A stretch of DNA of 36,201 nt. It comes from Candidatus Azambacteria bacterium (lineage in GTDB: Bacteria; Patescibacteriota; Minisyncoccia; UBA10092). Below, one piece after another: positions 27,097 to 35,392 of this stretch. The stretch is taken from NCBI GenBank assembly GCA_030646675.1, contig JAUSKX010000029.1, forward strand, positions 1 to 36,201. Reading direction: 5' to 3'. Every line of letters starts with the position of its first letter. Positions within the stretch are counted from its first letter, which is position 1. The notes under the pieces were generated by a model, which worked only from the letters and a program-made list of their open reading frames with translations, did not search any database and was not told the origin of the DNA. The translations under genes and the position numbers were made by a program.

Positions 27097-28813
27097 AAAT
27101 ATTAACCTCCTCTTTTCTTCCTTTAACGCTAACTTTACCCAAAAATTTAAAATTGTAATTTTCTTTGGCTTTATTTTTAACGCTTTCGCCGACTATTAAT
27201 TGCGTCCTGTACTCTTTATTAAGGCTCTCCAACCGCGACGCGACATTAACGGTATCGCCCATGGCAGTGTAATCAAATCTTAATTCCGAGCCGACATTGC
27301 CAACAACGGCCGGACCGCTATAAAGACCGATGCCTATATTTATTTCCGACTTGCCCAAAGAGATTAATTCACGATTCAAATCTTTCAATTTTTCTATCAT
27401 GCCTAAAGACGCTTTTATCGCGTTATCGGCTTGATTTTCATCTTTAAGCGGAGCTCCCCAAAAAGCCATAATGGCATCGCCGATATATTTATCGAGCACT
27501 CCTTTATTTTTTAATATTTCGCCGGTCATTAACGTAAAATATTTGTTAAGAATAGCGACCAGTTCCGTGGGGGTTGTTTTTTCGGAAAGCGAAGTAAATC
27601 CCCGGATATCGGAAAAAAGTACCGTGATTTCTTTTTCTTCTCCCCCTAAAGTTACTTTGTCACTGCTAAGAATATTTTCTAAAACTTCCTTAGAAACGTA
27701 TTTTGAAAAAATATTTCTTATTTGGCGTTTTTCTTTTTCAATAAAAAAATATCTGCAGGAAAATAGAAGAGCTGTTGAAAAAATCCAGGAAAAATTAATG
27801 TGAATTATATTAGCCGTAATACCTTTATCGAAAAGCAAAATGACAGCGATTAAATGGCCAAAACCCACAAAGAGACTCAACATTACCGATACTAATGAGC
27901 GCTTTGTAATTATAAAAAATAAAGCCGGAATAAGCGCCGCCATAAAAATCCATAGGAAAAAAACCCAGCGGTTAAGGGAAGAATAACGATAGCCTGAAAC
28001 AAGCATGTTGGCTATATTTGCCTGTATTTCCACGCCTGGCATTTCCGTGCCTTGCGAAAAAGGGGTGGGTTTTTCATCGTGAAGGTCCGGCGCCGTCGCT
28101 CCGATAAGAACAATTTTGTTTTCCAGGAACTTCGCGGCGTCGCCTTCCAAAACCCGCCAAAAAGGAATTCTTTGCACTGAACCGGACTGAACCGAAAAAA
28201 CAATCCGCGGGAATGCCTCCGATAATTCCCCGCCGGAAATGGTTATACCTGATTTTTTAACAATTTCGTAAGAAAAAGATTTGTAAGGAGATATTTCAAA
28301 AGGAAATTTCCTTACAATTCCGTCTTTATCAATCATTAAATTAACATGGCCCAAAAAAACATTTTTTGAATACCTAAAATTATCTATCGGAAGTAAAAAT
28401 CCACCGGAAGCTAAAGGCCTATTTTCTGAAATAACTAAATTTTTTGCTTCAATCGCCAAAACAACCGGATAAGAAACTTTAGCTAAAGCCTTTGCCAAAA
28501 CAAAGTCATCTTCGGCGCCGATTCTTGACGGTTCCGAAAAAACAACATCAAGGCCAACCGCGGCAGGCGAATTTTCTTGCATTTTTAAAAGCGCTTTGGC
28601 GAAAATTTCCCTGGGCCATGGCCACTGGCCTAAGCGGGTTATGGACTCGTTATCTATCGCCACTATAACCAAACTCTTATCTATCGGTTTAGGTGAAACT
28701 AAAGAATCTTCCAAAAAATATTCCCACCCGGTAAAGAGCCCAAAATTAAAAGACGCGCTGACAATTAAACCAGCCAATAATGCGACGCTGATGTTAGCCT
28801 GCGGTATTTTCAT
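27074..28813 (-). CDS. CHASE2-domain class III adenylate cyclase
   Basis: VAID.ES...LGQWPWPR, DKDGIVRK, MPGVEIQAN, three TM helices, FSDIRGFT, DKYIGDAIMA, YTAMGDTVNVASRLE. Confidence 0.94.
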   Translation of the reverse strand: MKIPQANISVALLAGLIVSASFNFGLFTGWEYFLEDSLVSPKPIDKSLVIVAIDNESITRLGQWPWPREIFAKALLKMQENSPAAVGLDVVFSEPSRIGAEDDFVLAKALAKVSYPVVLAIEAKNLVISENRPLASGGFLLPIDNFRYSKNVFLGHVNLMIDKDGIVRKFPFEISPYKSFSYEIVKKSGITISGGELSEAFPRIVFSVQSGSVQRIPFWRVLEGDAAKFLENKIVLIGATAPDLHDEKPTPFSQGTEMPGVEIQANIANMLVSGYRYSSLNRWVFFLWIFMAALIPALFFIITKRSLVSVMLSLFVGFGHLIAVILLFDKGITANIIHINFSWIFSTALLFSCRYFFIEKEKRQIRNIFSKYVSKEVLENILSSDKVTLGGEEKEITVLFSDIRGFTSLSEKTTPTELVAILNKYFTLMTGEILKNKGVLDKYIGDAIMAFWGAPLKDENQADNAIKASLGMIEKLKDLNRELISLGKSEINIGIGLYSGPAVVGNVGSELRFDYTAMGDTVNVASRLESLNKEYRTQLIVGESVKNKAKENYNFKFLGKVSVKGRKEEVNIYEVQNQT

Positions 28814-30086
28814 CGGGAATAACTTTGGCTTTGACTTTAAAAATTGCTGATTTACCTAAAAGCACTTCGTTAGTTTTGGTATCTTTCCAAATAGCGGCAA
28901 CAGTTCCGGGGACTTCTCCGTATTCCGCGACATCGGGAGCAAGTTTCGCCGTAAAAACCCCCTGATTATTAATATCACCGATAAATCCCACGACTTTCCA
29001 TTCCACTTCCGTTGTGACATCGCGTTTTATTCCATTACTAATCATCATAGCTTTAAAATTTACCACCTCTTCCTCGGTAATTTCCCCAAGAGCGCGGTCC
29101 GGAACAATGGCGATAGAATTCACTCCCGAAGTGATTGGAGTGATTGCCTGTTTCTGGATTGGCTGTGGGGCGGGAAGTTTTGTGTCTATCTGTTTTTCGA
29201 CTTGTGTTTCTATTATATTTTTCTTTGGTTCCAAAATATTTATCCGCTCTTTAATTTTTTCTTTTATGGTTTCTCTGATTTCCTGTCTAAGTTCTTTCTT
29301 TATTTCTGGCATCTCTAGGCGGTTTTCTTTTAGTTGTTCAATTTTTTGGTTTATTTTTTCGTCCGCGGCCTTTGCTTTAACAATCCAATCTTCCTTTTTC
29401 ACTTCAACAGTAATAGCTATGGCCATTAATAATTTTTTTCCGGCTTTTATTTTTTCAACATCTTCTTTGGCAATACTTACCTGCTTATCCGGTTCAATCG
29501 TAACCATGGCATCTTTAATAGCCCTTTTCGTTTCCGGGTCCAAAACGGCAACTTCAACTTTGTTTTCCGAACCGATAACGCTGGACTGGCCGCTTACATA
29601 CTCCATTCCGAAAGCCGTTCCCCTAACCGTGGCAACCGCGTTGGAAGTTTCAACTTCCCACGAAGAATCCAGCGTGGCCAAAGAAAGAATTTTCGACCAA
29701 ACTTTTCCCAAAAGAAGGCTTATTTTTACGTTTAATTTTCCACTAGAGATGTCAAAATAACTGTTTTCAAGTACAAACTTTGTGTTTTCCGAAACGCGCA
29801 ATATTGAACCATCCGGAAAATAAAGATTGATAAAACCCTCTTTGGAAGTTTCTATCATGGCGCCGGCGGAAAGTTCATCGCCTGTTTGCAATTCTCTGAT
29901 TTGATTGCCGTTTTTAGCATCCAATTCAAAGGCCTTCGGAGTTAAGACCTCTACCCATACTTTCAGGGAATCAGCGGCAGGTAAAACAGTTAATTTTTCT
30001 TCATTGCGAGAAAATTTACCGGCAAGCGCAAAGCCAACAACGGCTAATATTATTAAAATTACGATGGCAATAATTATTTTTTTCAT
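28794..30086 (-). CDS. FecR-domain exported protein with C-terminal Ig-like domain
   Basis: Signal/TM, FPDGS.LRVSENT, ETSNAVATVRGTAF, C-terminal DVT..VEWKV...GVFTA; ATG at 30086 preferred. Confidence 0.85.
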   Translation of the reverse strand: MKKIIIAIVILIILAVVGFALAGKFSRNEEKLTVLPAADSLKVWVEVLTPKAFELDAKNGNQIRELQTGDELSAGAMIETSKEGFINLYFPDGSILRVSENTKFVLENSYFDISSGKLNVKISLLLGKVWSKILSLATLDSSWEVETSNAVATVRGTAFGMEYVSGQSSVIGSENKVEVAVLDPETKRAIKDAMVTIEPDKQVSIAKEDVEKIKAGKKLLMAIAITVEVKKEDWIVKAKAADEKINQKIEQLKENRLEMPEIKKELRQEIRETIKEKIKERINILEPKKNIIETQVEKQIDTKLPAPQPIQKQAITPITSGVNSIAIVPDRALGEITEEEVVNFKAMMISNGIKRDVTTEVEWKVVGFIGDINNQGVFTAKLAPDVAEYGEVPGTVAAIWKDTKTNEVLLGKSAIFKVKAKVIPDENTAG

Positions 30087-30090
30087 AAAC

Positions 30091-30567
30091 TTATTTAATC
30101 CCCAAAAGCTGGACTTCAAAAATCAGCGTCGCGTTTGGCGGAATTGCATTACCCGCGCCACCGGAACCATAGGCCAATTCCGAAGGGATAGTCAATTTTC
30201 TCGCTTCTCCAATTTTCATTCCCTCAACTCCGATATCCCAGCCCGGAATAACTTTGCCCGCCCCCAAGGGAAATTCAAACGGAGTCCCTCTGTCAACGCT
30301 GGAATCAAATTTCGTTCCATTTTCCAACATACCTATATAATGCACGGAAACCGTGTCGCCTTTTTTGGCAACTGCTCCCGCCCCTTCTTTTAAGATTTCT
30401 ATTTCCACGCCCTGTTTATTCATTTTTTGATTGTTTAATTTTAAGTCTATTATTTCATCCTGTTTTACTGTGCCGGTATCATTTTTATTTTTATCATAAA
30501 AAATAAAAAAACCGGAAACTATTAAAACTGTCGCTGTTGCAAAAGCTATAATTTGAGTTTTATTCAT
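30091..30567 (-). CDS. FKBP-type peptidyl-prolyl isomerase
   Basis: VHY.G.LENGTKFDSS.DRG.PF, VIPGWD, LAYG, IPPNATLIFEV; N-terminal anchor from ATG 30567. Confidence 0.95.
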   Translation of the reverse strand: MNKTQIIAFATATVLIVSGFFIFYDKNKNDTGTVKQDEIIDLKLNNQKMNKQGVEIEILKEGAGAVAKKGDTVSVHYIGMLENGTKFDSSVDRGTPFEFPLGAGKVIPGWDIGVEGMKIGEARKLTIPSELAYGSGGAGNAIPPNATLIFEVQLLGIK

Positions 30568-30620
30568 ATTGATTATAATAACAAAAACCGCTTGGTAAAC
30601 CAAGCGGTGAAAATAATTTT

Positions 30621-31256
30621 CTAACCTTTGAGCCGCCAGTGCCACGGCTCGAACATAATCCCATCCCTATTCCCTTCCGGATAAGATAAATAAAAACCAT
30701 ACTTGCTGGCATTTTGCGTCAGCCATTTGTACTCGATTGTCTTTTCAAAATTCGCCGGTCCAATATTCGACGAATCACCGCCCATGGCGCAGAAATCAAT
30801 CGCCTGATTTTTAGCGTCCCCGTGTTCGCTATAACCGGGAAAAGCAACTCCTTTTACCGTTCTTAAAAGGTCAAACTTGTTATCTTTCAAGTATCGCAAG
30901 AAAACAATTGATTGGTAAGCGGGCGACCTATAACCGGAAAAAATTGCTAATCTTTTTCCGATATCGTCTTCCAAAATTCTGTTCATTTCCCAAAATACCA
31001 AAAAGACCTGCTTAGGCAAGAAATGCCCGTTGATTCTTATCAGATTTTTGGGAATCGCCCCCACGCCTATAAACTTCCCATTGAATCCAAAATCTCTGGG
31101 ATTCAGTTTTATAAAGCTTTGGACGAGGCGGTTTTCGAATTCGTTTAAAAGCCTATATAATTCCGAAAAAGAAATAATTTTCAAATTTCTTTCCTCGCGC
31201 AGTTTTTCCAAAATGGCGCCAATTATCTTTTCATCTAAAAATGCCAATTTTTCCAT
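30621..31256 (-). CDS. D-Ala-D-Ala carboxypeptidase (M15B, VanY-like)
   Basis: SGYRS, PGYSEH, AID, WL..NA..YGF, EPWHWR; GGAGGTG SD before the ATG at 31256. Confidence 0.9.
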   Translation of the reverse strand: MEKLAFLDEKIIGAILEKLREERNLKIISFSELYRLLNEFENRLVQSFIKLNPRDFGFNGKFIGVGAIPKNLIRINGHFLPKQVFLVFWEMNRILEDDIGKRLAIFSGYRSPAYQSIVFLRYLKDNKFDLLRTVKGVAFPGYSEHGDAKNQAIDFCAMGGDSSNIGPANFEKTIEYKWLTQNASKYGFYLSYPEGNRDGIMFEPWHWRLKG

Positions 31257-31319
31257 TTCCATCACCTCCAAAAAATAGATATCACGAATCCCCCCACGGT
31301 GTCAATTATTTGGCTTTAA

Positions 31320-31718
31320 TTACTCCGTAGTAACACCGTCGAATTCCGGGCTGTCGGCTTCGGCTTCTTCTTTGGTGGTTCGGACAACGCCGCCTTTGTG
31401 GTGCGCCGGGGAATAAATGGTATATAGTTTCAAATCTTCCGCGCCGGACACGTTGATAATATTATGCCGGGCGCCGGCCGGCACGACAATAACCGAGCCA
31501 TTTTCAAGATTGTATTCATTGCCGTCAATTACGCATTTCCCCTGTCCTTTTTCAAAACGAAAAAATTGGTCATTGTCCGTGTGGACTTCCATCCCAATTT
31601 CTTCATTGGGTTTCAAACTCATCAATACCAACTGGCTGTGCCTTCCGGTATATAACACCTTGCGGAAATCAGTATTTTCTAAAGTCTCTTTTTCAATATT
31701 CGCGTTAAATCCTTTCAT
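31320..31718 (-). CDS. Cupin-domain protein
   Basis: SQLVLMSL, IGMEVH..DQFF, VPAGARHN, KLYTIYSP.HH. Confidence 0.92.
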   Translation of the reverse strand: MKGFNANIEKETLENTDFRKVLYTGRHSQLVLMSLKPNEEIGMEVHTDNDQFFRFEKGQGKCVIDGNEYNLENGSVIVVPAGARHNIINVSGAEDLKLYTIYSPAHHKGGVVRTTKEEAEADSPEFDGVTTE

Positions 31719-31776
31719 AAAATTTTTAATTTTTTATTAAATAATACTGTTTATATTAACAGAATTTTTAAAAATT

Positions 31777-31801
31777 AAAAACCCCCGCCTTGGCGGGGGT
31801 T
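31777..31801 (-). terminator. Intrinsic terminator
   Basis: Minus strand ACCCCCGC-CAAG-GCGGGGGT followed by TTTTAATTTTT. Confidence 0.85.
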
Positions 31802-31806
31802 ATGTA

Positions 31807-32907
31807 TTAATTCGATTTGGAAGCCTCAAAAACATTCACCAGGCCAGCCATTACCTTTGATACATCTCCGGCCGGAATGATAACTTTGGTCCCCGTCGCG
31901 AATGACTTGGCAACTTCTAGGCCAATTTGGAACTGGGCGTAGGCCTTGCCGTCTTCGGCTGTTGTCGGCTGGTCCTGTTTCTTTCCGACAAAAGCGGCTA
32001 TTTCGGCATTTTTGGCCAGCGCCTTATTTCTCGATTCTGTCAGTTCGGCCTCTGATTTATTAATCAAGGTTTTGGAATTAAATTCTTGGATTGCCAATCT
32101 CTTTTCGGCTTCAATTGTTTCCGATTCCTTCGCTAATCTTTGCTTCTTAACATTCTCCAAAGCGTCAAGCACATCCTGGGCATCTTTTTTAAACTTAATG
32201 TCCTCAATCCGCAAAATGAGAAGTTCCGCGCCCAGTCTTTCAAAATTGGGAATACAGATTATCTCGTTCCTGATTTTCTCGCCAATCGGTATGGCTATTC
32301 CATTTTCTTCCGTTGTACGGCTTAGAATAGCCGTGAGCTCCATTTTTGCCAGAACTCCTCTGGTGCCGCCCATAACAAGGTCATGAAACATTTCGGAAAG
32401 AAATGGCGAATCGCCGTTTGCATCAATGCCACCGCCAAGTTCAAATACTTTTCCCGGATTTACGATTTTATAGCTGAAAAAAATCTCGGGAAATATATTT
32501 ATACCTTCGGCGGTGGAAAACGATTCCGCCCTGTTCAAATACACGTCTTCGGTTTCGTCGATTTTCTTTGCGTTTATTTCTTCCTTATGTTGCCGCAAAG
32601 AAATCTCCACAATTCTTTCCAAAATCGGAAAAATAAATGTCCACCCTTCCTTTTTTACCAGATAATTATCGCCGACCATCACCCGGCTGCCAAACCGAAA
32701 CATCAATCCGGCGAAGGCCGGTTTTACGGTTCTGAACGCTAAAATGGCCCAGAACAGTCCGCCGATTAAAGCGGCTGAAGCCGGCAACCATCCATCCTCA
32801 AAGAAAAAGAGGCTACCACCGATAACCATAAACATCACAAAAATAGCTGGAACCAACAATCCGAACAAATCATCATCTTTCCCTTTATTCTCAGTCATAT
32901 TCTCCAC
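31807..32907 (-). CDS. SPFH/band 7 domain membrane protein (divergent)
   Basis: Two N-terminal TM helices, GLMFRFG, EGWTFIFP, SYKIVNP, LRIEDI, C-terminal Ala/Glu-rich coiled coil, TKVIIP; the start may be ATG 32898. Confidence 0.82.
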   Translation of the reverse strand: MENMTENKGKDDDLFGLLVPAIFVMFMVIGGSLFFFEDGWLPASAALIGGLFWAILAFRTVKPAFAGLMFRFGSRVMVGDNYLVKKEGWTFIFPILERIVEISLRQHKEEINAKKIDETEDVYLNRAESFSTAEGINIFPEIFFSYKIVNPGKVFELGGGIDANGDSPFLSEMFHDLVMGGTRGVLAKMELTAILSRTTEENGIAIPIGEKIRNEIICIPNFERLGAELLILRIEDIKFKKDAQDVLDALENVKKQRLAKESETIEAEKRLAIQEFNSKTLINKSEAELTESRNKALAKNAEIAAFVGKKQDQPTTAEDGKAYAQFQIGLEVAKSFATGTKVIIPAGDVSKVMAGLVNVFEASKSN

Positions 32908-32966
32908 CTAATCCCTTTCAATAAGATTGTTTATTTTTAATCAAAAGTTGTTAAAAAGCTAAAAAC

Positions 32967-32995
32967 AAAATAGCACTTTTGGTGCTATTTGTCAA
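32967..32995 (-). promoter_or_regulatory. Putative sigma70 promoter with an overlapping inverted repeat
   Basis: TTGACA-17 nt-TATTTT; AAATAGCAC-N5-GTGCTATTT at 32968-32990. Confidence 0.65.
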
Positions 32996-33022
32996 AAAAT
33001 AAAACCCGGGAATTCTCCCGGG
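32995..33022 (-). terminator. Intrinsic terminator
   Basis: Minus strand CCCGGGA-GAAT-TCCCGGG followed by TTTTATTTTT. Confidence 0.75.
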
Positions 33023-33028
33023 AATATT

Positions 33029-33508
33029 TTACATTTCGTCATTTTTCGGCCCCTTTTCGCCGATAATCCGGATAAGATTTTCAACGGTTTTGCCGGCGAA
33101 AATCCTTACCGACCTGACATCAATTAATTTACTCACTCTCTCACGATGGACTAATAAAGGCTCCTTCAAACTTTTATTCAAATCCAAGTATATAAAAATC
33201 ATTTTGTCATCCGGGTCCATGACCCTGTAGAACTCCAAAACAAACACTCTGTGCTGACCGGAGATTTTGTCGCGATTTTCTTTCATAAATCGCAGAAGTT
33301 CCTCGCTGAATACCACGAAAAAAGCTTTGTATGCCTGCGTTTCGGCGTAGCCATCATGAATGATATTGATATCTACCCGCAACTCCGACCCCAGTTCCCC
33401 TGCTTTTGTTTCCGGGATAAGCACAAAAATCAGCACCATAGCTACAAATACCGCAAAAACAATCAGTATAAAAATTGCGAAATAGCGTTTTGCTTCTTCT
33501 GCATTCAT
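33029..33508 (-). CDS. Hypothetical membrane-anchored protein (orphan)
   Basis: N-terminal TM helix, GGAGGTG SD 6 nt before ATG 33508, TTGACT-17-TACTCT upstream. Confidence 0.72.
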   Translation of the reverse strand: MNAEEAKRYFAIFILIVFAVFVAMVLIFVLIPETKAGELGSELRVDINIIHDGYAETQAYKAFFVVFSEELLRFMKENRDKISGQHRVFVLEFYRVMDPDDKMIFIYLDLNKSLKEPLLVHRERVSKLIDVRSVRIFAGKTVENLIRIIGEKGPKNDEM

Positions 33509-33631
33509 CTCAATCACCTCCCCCTCATTGTTAAAGGTCTTTTCCGCCCTCTATCCTGCCCCTAGAGTACAAATCTTGACCCAAAAAGTCAAATTTATTC
33601 CCCACCCATCATTCCGCTTAATAAACTGTCT

Positions 33632-34030
33632 TTATTTGTTTAGATAAGTAATAGTGAGCTGCAAAACGGTAGCAAATGAAACCCAAAGTAAATATGGGAT
33701 TTGAATATAAGCAATCCAGCGCGCGTGCGGATAAATGGCCGCCATTGCCCAAATAAGCGTGCCTAAAATTAATAAAATATCAATCGCCGCTAATAAATTA
33801 TTTTTGAGCCCGAATTGCAAATAAGTGAAAGAAAAATTGAAAATAAGATTTAAAATAAACGGCAAAGCGACCAAAAACGGAATTTGATTCCGCCAAGCCA
33901 TATAAAATACCTTACCGAAAGAAACTGCAATTAAAATATAAAGAAAAGTCCACACCGGACCGAAAAGCCACGATGGCGGCGCCCATGTGGGCTTTATTAA
34001 AGTCGAATACCAACCATACGCGCTGTTCAT
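33632..34030 (-). CDS. tspO: TspO/MBR family tryptophan-rich sensory protein
   Basis: WY..L.KP.W.PP.W.FGPVWT.LY and PYLLWVSFA motifs. Confidence 0.93.
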   Translation of the reverse strand: MNSAYGWYSTLIKPTWAPPSWLFGPVWTFLYILIAVSFGKVFYMAWRNQIPFLVALPFILNLIFNFSFTYLQFGLKNNLLAAIDILLILGTLIWAMAAIYPHARWIAYIQIPYLLWVSFATVLQLTITYLNK

Positions 34031-34058
34031 ATTTTTTATTTTTTATTTACTAATTTCT

Positions 34059-34096
34059 ACAACACTCTCACATTCTGCAGAATGTGAGAGTGTTGT
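34059..34096. repeat. Perfect 38-bp palindrome abutting the stop codon of the ArsR-like gene
   Basis: ACAACACTCTCACATTCTGCAGAATGTGAGAGTGTTGT equals its own reverse complement. Confidence 0.95.
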
Positions 34097-34374
34097 TAGT
34101 TGGGAAAGGTTTTAATAAACTTACAAAAGGTCTTGCCGTAAGGCGAAAGAGAATGAGCGACTTCCCTGCCCTGATATTTTTTATCAACCAAGCCGGCCTG
34201 AACTAATTTTCTGGTATGTTCGGAAATAGTTTTCATATTACAATCCAGCCTATCGGCAATCTTTTCTAAACAAATGCCGTCATTACCGGCAATTAAATTC
34301 AGTATATCAATACGGCGGTGATTGGCCACGCCTTTGAAATGTCTTTCCAATTGTTTGGCAGTTTTTATCTCCAT
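34096..34374 (-). CDS. ArsR-like winged-helix DNA-binding protein
   Basis: FKGVANHRRIDIL, HTH LEKIADRL....TISEHTRKLVQAGLV, wing KYQGREVAHSL. Confidence 0.9.
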   Translation of the reverse strand: MEIKTAKQLERHFKGVANHRRIDILNLIAGNDGICLEKIADRLDCNMKTISEHTRKLVQAGLVDKKYQGREVAHSLSPYGKTFCKFIKTFPN

Positions 34375-34399
34375 ATACCCATACTACAATATTATTACA

Positions 34400-34433
34400 A
34401 ACACTCCAACATTCTGCAGAATGTTGGAGTGTT
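34400..34433. repeat. Perfect 34-bp palindrome upstream of the ArsR-like gene
   Basis: AACACTCCAACATTCTGCAGAATGTTGGAGTGTT; related to 34059-34096. Confidence 0.95.
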
Positions 34434-34465
34434 GTGAATGGGAAAATGCAGGAGTGTTGTGAATG
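34426..34465 (+). repeat. 15-bp direct repeat of the palindrome outer arm
   Basis: GGAGTGTTGTGAATG at 34426-34440 and 34451-34465. Confidence 0.85.
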
Positions 34466-34526
34466 AAGATATTTGCCGCATCGCTTTTTTTCATAAAAAT
34501 TTTTCTAATTATAAAATTTATTTTTA

Positions 34527-35369
34527 TTACAAAAAATACATATCCTGTCCGCGATCTCCAACGCCAAGATATTCCGCCCCTCCTTTTAAAATGGCTTCAA
34601 ATGGTTTGCAAGCGAAACAACCTCTATCTCCGCGAGGACAATTAAAAGTTTTTTTCTCCCGAGCAACTTTCACTTGCAAAGCAATCGCCAACACTTTTTT
34701 TCTTGCCTCATCAATATCGGGTAAAATCATATCAACAGGTTTGTCATTTCTATCGAGATACCAATATGACGCGCCGGAAACTTTACGATTTTGTAAGGCG
34801 TTCAAAAGCAGAAGATATATTGGAAGCTGAAGAGAATCCCCGCCCTCATCATGTTTGCCTGTCTTAAAATCAAGAATGCGGATACTATCGTCTTGTTCAA
34901 CGTATTCCAACCAGTCAATTAATCCACATAAAATTATATTTTCTTCATCAGATAGAAAAAAATTCGGCGGCATGCCATTGTGGCTTTCTTTGAGGCGTAT
35001 TATTTTTTGAGCAATCGGTCCCGGATTTTTTATAACTCGTTCCACCATGACCCTGCCGCGAATCTTTGCTTCAGATTCTTCCATTTCATTTTTGAATCCT
35101 CCCATTTTGCCGGAAACTTTCGCCCAAGCTTGTTCAAAATCCGCTAAAAGATCACACTTGGTTCTTTTGTTGAAAGGAATATTTTTTAGTGATTCAAGAG
35201 TTGTGTGAACCGCCTGACCAAGCGAAAGCGCTGGATTTACAATATTTATTTTTCTGCCTGTTTTGGGGTCTTTATAAACATTGCGCAGATAATAAGCTCG
35301 CGGACATTTCAAAAAGTCCCCCATGGAAGAGTGCGACACCCATATTGCCGTATATTTATCTTGAGTCAT
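34527..35369 (-). CDS. PD-(D/E)XK RecB/AddB-like nuclease with four Cys (putative Fe-S)
   Basis: SHS....F..CPRAYY, GQAVH, GLIDW, ILDFKTG, LQL.IY, C-terminal CPRGDRGCFAC. Confidence 0.88.
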   Translation of the reverse strand: MTQDKYTAIWVSHSSMGDFLKCPRAYYLRNVYKDPKTGRKINIVNPALSLGQAVHTTLESLKNIPFNKRTKCDLLADFEQAWAKVSGKMGGFKNEMEESEAKIRGRVMVERVIKNPGPIAQKIIRLKESHNGMPPNFFLSDEENIILCGLIDWLEYVEQDDSIRILDFKTGKHDEGGDSLQLPIYLLLLNALQNRKVSGASYWYLDRNDKPVDMILPDIDEARKKVLAIALQVKVAREKKTFNCPRGDRGCFACKPFEAILKGGAEYLGVGDRGQDMYFL

Positions 35370-35392
35370 TATTATTTCTTCGTTCGTATATT

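Noticed and set aside
30621-31256. Vancomycin resistance locus
   Set aside because: This is a lone M15B carboxypeptidase with no vanHAX or vanRS genes.
34059-34465. CRISPR array (34-38-bp palindromic repeats near a four-Cys Cas4-like nuclease)
   Set aside because: There are only two non-identical repeats, separated by about 300 bp containing a gene. There are no spacers of regular length and no cas1/cas2.
34527-35369. cas4 call
   Set aside because: The motifs fit the wider RecB/AddB-like PD-(D/E)XK family and there is no CRISPR context.
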